Part shown: one piece after another, positions 1-5,950 of the stretch | Position numbering within the stretch: the stretch's first letter is position 1 | How the letters are laid out: each line of letters begins with the position of its first letter | Origin: Halorhodospira halophila SL1 | GTDB taxonomy: Bacteria > Pseudomonadota > Gammaproteobacteria > Nitrococcales > Halorhodospiraceae | DNA: 32,000 nt | Reading direction: 5' to 3' | Assembly (NCBI RefSeq): GCF_000015585.1 | Contig: NC_008789.1 | Location: 2,160,001 to 2,192,000, forward strand | Made by a program: the position numbers and the translations under genes | The notes under the pieces: model-generated | Told to the model about the DNA's origin: nothing | What the model saw: only the letters and a program-made list of their open reading frames with translations | Database searches by the model: none

Positions 1-492
1 GCGGAACTCGCTGCCAACCACGCGATGAAGCGGGCGGTGGCCGAGGCCTCCGCCGCGGGCCTGCCGATCTACGCCGAGTGCGGCGGACTGCTTTACCTGT
101 GCCGGCGACTGAACACCGGGGACGGCCATCACATCATGGCCGGTGTCTTCCCGCTGGATGCGGAGATGACCGGCCGTCCCCAGGGCCACGGGTACATGAC
201 CCTGCAGACCACGCCGGAGACCCCCTGGAGTCCGGCGCCCGGGACGACGGCCCTGCCCGCCCACGAATTCCACTACTCCAGACTGCGCGAGCCGGTGCCT
301 GAGGAACTCCCCTGTGCCTATCGGGTCACCCGCGGGCAGGGGCTCGGCGGGTGCCGCGATGGGCTGATCAAGGGCAATACCGTCGCCTCCTACGCCCACC
401 TGCGCCACACCTGGACCACCCCCTGGGCCGAGCGATTCGTGGCCTTCGTGCGGGAGCAGAGGCGAAGCGCGGCACCGACCGCCCCTTGCTGA
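1..492 (+). CDS. cobB: Cobyrinate/hydrogenobyrinate a,c-diamide synthase (CobB/CbiA family), C-terminal glutamine-amidotransferase part; 5' end outside window
   Basis: Frame 1 is open from nt 1 (AELAANHAMK...) to TGA 490-492. The motifs YAECGGLLYL (nucleophile Cys) and PAHEFHYS are typical of the CobB/CbiA GATase domain. Confidence 0.8.
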   Translation, partial: AELAANHAMKRAVAEASAAGLPIYAECGGLLYLCRRLNTGDGHHIMAGVFPLDAEMTGRPQGHGYMTLQTTPETPWSPAPGTTALPAHEFHYSRLREPVPEELPCAYRVTRGQGLGGCRDGLIKGNTVASYAHLRHTWTTPWAERFVAFVREQRRSAAPTAPC

Positions 493-517
493 CGTTTGCG
501 TCAGATCAATTTTTTTT
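489..517 (+). terminator. Weak intrinsic-terminator candidate after cobB (6-bp stem CTGACG/CGTCAG, 4-nt loop, then T8)
   Basis: The palindrome CTGACG-TTTG-CGTCAG at 489-504 overlaps the cobB stop. A T8 run lies at 510-517, 5 nt downstream. The stem is short, so it could instead be a protein-binding palindrome. Confidence 0.3.
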
Positions 518-530
518 GCCGCTCCCCCCT

Positions 531-558
531 TTATTCCCGTGTTGGTGATGAATATAGT
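531..558 (+). promoter_or_regulatory. Sigma70-like promoter candidate for the kinase/regulator operon (TTATTC-N16-TATAGT)
   Basis: TTATTC at 531-536 and TATAGT at 553-558 lie inside the only strongly AT-rich gap of this part of the window. No experimental support. Confidence 0.25.
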
Positions 559-567
559 CTGAATATA
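549..567 (+). repeat. Direct repeat TGAATATA x2 with 11-bp period; candidate response-regulator binding site
   Basis: TGAATATA occurs at 549-556 and again at 560-567. The copies are one helical turn apart and overlap the -10 candidate. Confidence 0.3.
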
Positions 568-676
568 TGAAGCGGATAGCCGCGGCCTTAAGCGGCTTGA
601 AGCAACAGCAACGGCCCTAACAAAAACAAGGAATTAAGTTCCCAAAGGGGCCCCCGGTTGACCGTCAGGAGGAGAC

Positions 677-2104
677 ATGTACGCTGGGAGAGATACGGAC
701 CCGACCGGCCCACGCCGGCAGCGGGGGGCAGGAGCTGTCGAGCCCCTCACCGTACGGGAGCCCCGTGGGCACGGCCCCCGGGACGGTGGTGGCAGTGCCG
801 GCCGTTGGCACCCGGTGCGCCGCCTCCGGGCCCCCCCCACCCCCACGCCCTACCCCGACACCCCGAATGTGCCTGCGTCATCGGCCAGCGAACAGGAGGC
901 CCTGCACCTGCTCAGCGCCCTCGGCGTGGTGGCGGCCCAGGCGCGGGATCTCGATGAACTGCTTCAGGGCAGCCTGGAACGGCTGATCGAACAGACCGGT
1001 GCCACGGCGGCTGCCGTACGACTCTTCGACGAACAGGGCAGCCTGCGCCTGGTCGAGGCAAGCGGGCTCAACGCCGGCTTTATCGATGCCGAGCGCCGCC
1101 AGCCGGCGGCGGGCTGCTCCTGCGCCATCGCCGGGGAACGCGGCACCGTGCAGTTCCGGGGCGACCTGCGCCAGTGCATCCGCCGCAGCGGCTGCAACCC
1201 GCTGCCCAACCGACCCCAGCTGGCCATGCTGGCGGTGCCGATCCTCGATCCCGCGGGCGAGAGGGTGGGCATCTACAACATCTATCTGGAACCGAGCGAG
1301 GCCCAGCGCTGGATGCATCCGCCACGCATGCTGGAGTGGATCGGGCACCAGCTGGGCGCGGCGATCGCCCGGGTCCGCGACGAGTACCGCAGCCACCAGG
1401 GGGCCCTGCAGGAGGAGCGCAACCTCCTCGCCCACGAGCTGCACGACACGGTTGCCCAGGAGGTGGCCACGCTGCGCCTGCGGGTCCGCCAACTGGAGGA
1501 GCGGGCACGCGGCGATGCCGACACCGCGGCCCTGCTCGCCCCGCTGGAGGATCTGCGCACCCGACTCGACCACACCAACGACCAGGTCCGCACGGTGATG
1601 CAGCAATTCCGTACCCAGGCCCTGGGTACACCGCTGGAGACGGCGCTGAGCCGCCTGGCCAACCGCTTCCGGCGCGACAGCGGCATCGAGGTCCGCCTGA
1701 TCCATCGTTGGCCGGAGCTCGCCCTGGGCGAGCGCGAGCAGCTGCACATCCACCGCATCGTCGAGGAGGCCCTGTCCAACGCCTGGCACCACGGCGGCGC
1801 CCGCAACGTGCGCCTGCAGCTCGAGACCCCCGGCGGGGATCTCTGCCTGCTGATCGAGGACGACGGATGCGGCTTCGTGGTGGACGATGTACCGGACTCC
1901 GACCCGGCCGAGAGCCGGGGACACGGCCTGCGGGGGATGCGCGAGCGCGCCCGCCACCTGGGCGCCATCCTCACCGTGGAGAGCGATCCCGGCCAGGGCA
2001 CCACCATCCACTTACGCTTGCCCCAGCCGCAGCGCCTGACCTGGACCACCAAGAGCCTTCACCAGGCGGGGTTCAACGACCATGCGTATCCTGCTTGTCG
2101 ATGA
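677..2104 (+). CDS. Cytoplasmic sensor histidine kinase: GAF domain + HisKA_3 dimerisation/phosphoacceptor + HATPase_c (NarX/DevS-type class)
   Basis: H-box LAHELHDTVAQEVATLRL, N-box HRIVEEALSNAWHHG, G1 IEDDGCGF and G2 GHGLRGMRERA are present. A GAF-like region starts at LHLLSALGVVAAQARDLDELL. No hydrophobic TM segments are visible. ATG 677 follows AGGAGGAG at 667-674. The start is uncertain because in-frame GTGs at 815 and 869 are also possible. Confidence 0.85.
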   Translation: MYAGRDTDPTGPRRQRGAGAVEPLTVREPRGHGPRDGGGSAGRWHPVRRLRAPPTPTPYPDTPNVPASSASEQEALHLLSALGVVAAQARDLDELLQGSLERLIEQTGATAAAVRLFDEQGSLRLVEASGLNAGFIDAERRQPAAGCSCAIAGERGTVQFRGDLRQCIRRSGCNPLPNRPQLAMLAVPILDPAGERVGIYNIYLEPSEAQRWMHPPRMLEWIGHQLGAAIARVRDEYRSHQGALQEERNLLAHELHDTVAQEVATLRLRVRQLEERARGDADTAALLAPLEDLRTRLDHTNDQVRTVMQQFRTQALGTPLETALSRLANRFRRDSGIEVRLIHRWPELALGEREQLHIHRIVEEALSNAWHHGGARNVRLQLETPGGDLCLLIEDDGCGFVVDDVPDSDPAESRGHGLRGMRERARHLGAILTVESDPGQGTTIHLRLPQPQRLTWTTKSLHQAGFNDHAYPACR

Positions 2105-2735
2105 TCACCAGCTCTTCCGCGCCGCCCTGCAGGAGCTGCTCAATGCCCAGGGGCTGACCACCGAGAGCGGCTCCGGTCAGGACGATGTCCTCGGCCTCGT
2201 GGACTCGTTCGGGCCCGACCTGGTCCTGCTCGATCTGCGCATGCCGGGACAGGACGGCCTGGCCGTGCTACGCCAGATCCATGAGCGCCACCCCGGCCTG
2301 CCGGTGGTCATGCTCACCGGCAGCGAAGAAGAGCGCGACCTGTTCGACTGCCTGCGTGCCGGCGCCCAGGGGTATCTGCTCAAGCACAACGACCCCGAGT
2401 ACCTGATCTCGGCCCTGCATCAAGCCACCGACGGCAAGATCGCCGTGGCGCCCCAGCTCACCGATACCCTGGCTCGGGCCCTGGGGCAGCCGCCGGACCG
2501 CACGGAGCCGGGCCCGCCCGATCCCTTCGCCGGCCTCACCCCACGCGAACGCGACATCCTGGAACGCCTGGCCGCCGGCGAGAGCAACAAGGTGATCGCG
2601 CGGCATCTCGGCATCTCCGACGGCACGGTCAAGCTCCACGTCAAGTCCGTGCTGCGCAAGCTGGGGGTTCACTCCCGCGTCGAAGCGGCCATCAAGGCCG
2701 TGGACTTCGGCCTGACCCGCCGGACCACCACCTGA
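2082..2735 (+). CDS. NarL/FixJ-family response regulator (REC + LuxR-type HTH)
   Basis: MRILLVDDH..., acceptor Asp in LVLLDLRMPGQDG and conserved Lys in GYLLK. The C-terminal motif is LTPRERDILERLAAGESNKVIARHLGISDGTVKLHVKSVLRKLG. The gene overlaps the kinase 3' end by 23 nt. Confidence 0.93.
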   Translation: MRILLVDDHQLFRAALQELLNAQGLTTESGSGQDDVLGLVDSFGPDLVLLDLRMPGQDGLAVLRQIHERHPGLPVVMLTGSEEERDLFDCLRAGAQGYLLKHNDPEYLISALHQATDGKIAVAPQLTDTLARALGQPPDRTEPGPPDPFAGLTPRERDILERLAAGESNKVIARHLGISDGTVKLHVKSVLRKLGVHSRVEAAIKAVDFGLTRRTTT

Positions 2736-2738
2736 GAC

Positions 2739-2771
2739 CCCCCTTCAGCTAAGCTCTCCCGCCGAAGGGGG
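2739..2771 (+). terminator. GC-rich hairpin 4 nt after regulator stop (8-bp stem, 17-nt loop, no U tract)
   Basis: CCCCCTTC at 2739-2746 pairs with GAAGGGGG at 2764-2771. It is followed by aggtccggc, so it is not a canonical intrinsic terminator. Confidence 0.3.
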
Positions 2772-2906
2772 AGGTCCGGCGCACCGCTTCCCCCGTTTGG
2801 GATATTCCGAGGGACGCTTGCACGCTGAAGAATGTGCCGGGCAGACATGCAGGCACGCCCGACTCCGGGCTGCCCTCCTGAACCGACGCTGAAGGGTCGC
2901 ACAGTT

Positions 2907-4172
2907 ATGGTCTTCGATTCCTTTGTCGCAGCGCACTGGACGATGCTCGGCACCGTCTTCGCCATCGCGGTGTTGCTCGGTGCCGTCGTCAACAAGAGCA
3001 ACTTCTGCACGATGGGCGCCGTCTCCGACATCGTGAACATGCAGGACTGGCAGCGGATGCGCATGTGGATCCTGATCATCGCCGTGGCGATCCTCGGCGT
3101 AGGGCTGCTCGAGCCCCTGGGGCTGATCAACGCCGACGAGAGCATGCCGCCGTACCGCGCCTCCGATTTCGCCTGGGCCGGCTACCTCCTCGGCGGCCTG
3201 CTTTTCGGCATCGGCATGACCCTGGGCAGCGGATGCGGCAACAAAACGGTGGTGCGCATCGGCACCGGCAACATCAAGTCGCTGTTCGTCGCGGCGGTGC
3301 TCGGCACGGTCGCCTTCTTCATGACCAACCCCCTGCCGCTGATCGACGCCTCCCTGCGCGATCTGTTCTTCGGCTGGGTCAACGCCACCGCCATCTCCCA
3401 CAGCCACGGCCAGGATCTGGGCAGCCTGATCGCCGGCGAGGCGGGGCCGTGGGTGCGCCCCCTCCTGGCCCTGCTCATCGGCGGTGCCCTGCTCTACGCC
3501 GTTCTGCGGGTCGCCGGCTTCCGCCAGGATCGCAACGCCGTCTCTGGGGCACTGATCATCGGCGCCTGCATCGTTGCGGTGTGGACGGTGACCAGCAACG
3601 TGTACGTGGCCGACGAGACGGGTCAACGCGACACCCTCCAAACCTACGCCACGGACTGGGACTTTCACCACCCGGACACCGATGCGGGCCGCCCCGAAAG
3701 CACCCGCTGGCTGGCACCGCAGGGGGTCAATTTCGTCGGCCCGCTGGTACAGAGCACCCAGTACACCGCCAGCGGCTTCAATCCGGGGCTGATCACCGTC
3801 GGTGTCATGGTGATCGGCGGCGTGATCGTCGGCTCATTCCTCTGGGCCCTGATCAGCCGCAGCTTCCGCTTCGAGTGGTTCGCCGACCGACAAGACTTCA
3901 ACCGACACCTCACCGGGGGTGTCCTCATGGGGATCGGCGGCCCGCTGGCCATGGGCTGCACCTTCGGCCAGGGTATCACCGGCATGTCCACGCTGGCCCT
4001 GAGCGCACCGCTGGCCCTGGGCGGGCTGATCCTCGGCAGCGCCCTGACCATGAAGATCCAGTACTACAAGCTCCTCTACGAAGACGAGGCCACCTTTAGC
4101 AAGGCCCTGGTCACCGGCCTGGTGGACCTTCGCCTGCTTCCGGCGTCGCTGAGGCAGCTCGATGCGCTTTGA
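2907..4172 (+). CDS. YeeE/YedE-family (Sulf_transp) inner-membrane sulfur-compound transporter, long form (421 aa)
   Basis: Polytopic hydrophobic protein with the family's Cys motifs: KSNFC, GSGCGNK and AMGCTFGQG. ATG 2907 is preferred over track start 2832, because GAAGGG lies at 2891-2896 and the N-terminal length then fits the family. Confidence 0.85.
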   Translation: MVFDSFVAAHWTMLGTVFAIAVLLGAVVNKSNFCTMGAVSDIVNMQDWQRMRMWILIIAVAILGVGLLEPLGLINADESMPPYRASDFAWAGYLLGGLLFGIGMTLGSGCGNKTVVRIGTGNIKSLFVAAVLGTVAFFMTNPLPLIDASLRDLFFGWVNATAISHSHGQDLGSLIAGEAGPWVRPLLALLIGGALLYAVLRVAGFRQDRNAVSGALIIGACIVAVWTVTSNVYVADETGQRDTLQTYATDWDFHHPDTDAGRPESTRWLAPQGVNFVGPLVQSTQYTASGFNPGLITVGVMVIGGVIVGSFLWALISRSFRFEWFADRQDFNRHLTGGVLMGIGGPLAMGCTFGQGITGMSTLALSAPLALGGLILGSALTMKIQYYKLLYEDEATFSKALVTGLVDLRLLPASLRQLDAL

Positions 4173-5928
4173 CGGCAATGGGCGGTGGGCACCCGCCCAC
4201 CGCCTGATTCCCTGTCACGAGTGGCCCCGTCCAACCCCGGCGAACATCCGGGCCGACCTCATTGCCGGCATCGCCGTGGCGCTGGTGCTCATCCCCCAGT
4301 CCATGGCGTACGCGGCGCTGGCCGGGATGCCGCCCTACTACGGCCTGTACGCCGCCTTCCTGCCGGTCATCGTGGCCGCCGTGTGGGGCTCCTCCCCCCA
4401 GTTGGCGACCGGGCCGGTGGCGGTGGTGGCCCTTCTGACGGCCTCGGCACTGACGCCCCTGGCGGAGCCGGGCAGCGGCGAGTTCATCACCCTGGCCATC
4501 GCCCTGGCGTTCCTGGTCGGGGTGATCCAGCTGGTGCTCGGGCTGTTTTCCCTGGGCACCCTGGTCAACTTCCTGGCCCACCCGGTGATCCTCGGCTTCA
4601 CCAATGCGGCGGCCATCGTCATCGCCTTGTCCCAGGTCAACGACCTGCTCGGTGTCCCCCTGGACCGCGACACCGGCCTGCTCGTGGCCTTCGCCGACGT
4701 GCTTGGGCGCTTGGGCGAGGCCCACCTGCCCACCCTGATCATGGGCCTCGGTGCCCTGGCGGTGATGCTTGCTGCGCGGCGCTGGCTGCCGCGCATCCCG
4801 GGGGTGCTGCTGGCGGTGGCTATCGGCGTGCCGGTGAGCTACCTGGTGGGCTTCGAGGATCTGGGCGGAGCCGTCGTGGGCACCGTGCCCGAAGGCCTGC
4901 CCAGGCCGGCACGACCCGAGCTGAGTTGGGAGTTGGTCGTCACCCTGCTGAGCACGGCGGCGGTAATCGCGCTGGTCGCCTTCATGGAGGCGATCTCCAT
5001 CGCCAAGGCCCTGGCCACCCGGACCCGCGACCGCATCGACCCCAACCAGGAGTTGGTGGGCCAGGGGCTGTCCAACCTCACCGCCAGCGTCTTCCAGGCC
5101 TTCCCGGTGAGCGGCTCGTTCTCGCGCAGCGCGGTCAACTACGACAGCGGGGCACGCAGCGGCCTGGCCTCGGTCTTCACCGCCGCACTGGTGGGCCTGA
5201 CCCTGCTGTTCCTCACCCCGCTGCTCTACCACCTGCCCGAGGCCATCCTGGCGGCGATCATCATCATGGCGGTGATCGGGCTGGTGAACATCCGCGCCCT
5301 GGTGCAGACCTGGCGCACCCATCGCCACGACGGCATCGCCGCAGTCGTTACCTTCGCCGGGACGCTGGTCTTCGCCCCCCATCTGGACTACGGCATCCTG
5401 CTCGGCGCCGGGTTGGCGATCCTGCTCTATCTGCTGCGGACCATGCGCCCGCGGGTGGTCATCCTCTCGCGCCATCCGGAGGACGGCGCCCTGCGCGACG
5501 CACGCTTCTTCGATCTACCCGAGAGCGAGCACATCGCCGCCCTGCGCTTCGACGGGCCGCTCTATTTCGCCAACGTCGGCCACTTGGAGGACGCGGTGCT
5601 GCAGGTCAACAACGAGCATCCGCGGGCCCGCTTCCTGCTACTGGTCGCCGACGGCATCACCTCCATCGACTCCTCCGGCGTGGAGAGTCTCCACGGCCTG
5701 CGGGAACGGCTGCACGATAACGGCGTCACCCTGGTCCTGGCGGGGGTCAAACTGCAGGTCCGGGAGGTGATGCAGCGCGCCGGACTGGACGTCGAGATCG
5801 GCGCCGAGAATATCTTCCGCAGCGAAGACGACGCCATCGAGGCCATCCACCAGCGCATCGAGGACCCAGGTTTCGACCCGACACAGTGCCCGCTGGCACC
5901 ACGCCGAGGCGCCGCTGGCGCTGCCTGA
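4162..5928 (+). CDS. SulP-family anion transporter with C-terminal STAS domain
   Basis: NIRADLIAGIAVALVLIPQSMAYAALAGMPPYYGLY is the typical SulP N-terminus. Many TM segments follow. The C-terminus is STAS-like (ALRFDGPLYFANVGHLED...VTLVLAGVKLQVREVMQRAGL). ATG 4162 lies 11 nt inside the yeeE-like gene. Confidence 0.92.
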   Translation: MRFDGNGRWAPAHRLIPCHEWPRPTPANIRADLIAGIAVALVLIPQSMAYAALAGMPPYYGLYAAFLPVIVAAVWGSSPQLATGPVAVVALLTASALTPLAEPGSGEFITLAIALAFLVGVIQLVLGLFSLGTLVNFLAHPVILGFTNAAAIVIALSQVNDLLGVPLDRDTGLLVAFADVLGRLGEAHLPTLIMGLGALAVMLAARRWLPRIPGVLLAVAIGVPVSYLVGFEDLGGAVVGTVPEGLPRPARPELSWELVVTLLSTAAVIALVAFMEAISIAKALATRTRDRIDPNQELVGQGLSNLTASVFQAFPVSGSFSRSAVNYDSGARSGLASVFTAALVGLTLLFLTPLLYHLPEAILAAIIIMAVIGLVNIRALVQTWRTHRHDGIAAVVTFAGTLVFAPHLDYGILLGAGLAILLYLLRTMRPRVVILSRHPEDGALRDARFFDLPESEHIAALRFDGPLYFANVGHLEDAVLQVNNEHPRARFLLLVADGITSIDSSGVESLHGLRERLHDNGVTLVLAGVKLQVREVMQRAGLDVEIGAENIFRSEDDAIEAIHQRIEDPGFDPTQCPLAPRRGAAGAA

Positions 5929-5950
5929 CCGCGCCGGGCGGCCCGGGACC

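Noticed and set aside
806-820. Sigma54-like element TGGCAC-N7-GC (GG-N10-GC spacing), which could drive a shorter kinase transcript starting before GTG 869.
   Set aside because: It lacks the TTGC part of the -12 element, and no enhancer-binding protein is encoded nearby. Partial GG/GC matches are expected by chance at this G+C content.
634-957. Small ORFs 634-846 (minus strand, 70 aa) and 658-957 (plus strand, 99 aa) in the kinase leader and 5' region.
   Set aside because: Both are Pro/Arg/Gly-rich with no RBS, overlap the kinase frame, and are better explained by the C-rich tract at 831-864.
1174-2157. Alternate-frame ORFs inside the kinase gene (999-1598, 1080-1631, 1174-2157, 1282-2052). 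Comparable same-strand overlapping ORFs occur in sulP (4185-5720), yeeE (3065-4099), the ALDH gene (18306-19463) and the aminotransferase gene (14656-15537).
   Set aside because: Their composition is low-complexity Pro/Arg/Gly/Ala, typical of off-frame translation of GC-rich coding sequence. The annotated frame carries all the catalytic motifs.
5929-5950. Possible bidirectional terminator in the 22-bp gap between convergent sulP and tamB (CCGGGCGGCCCGG).
   Set aside because: Only a 4-bp stem with a viable loop can form, which is too weak to call.
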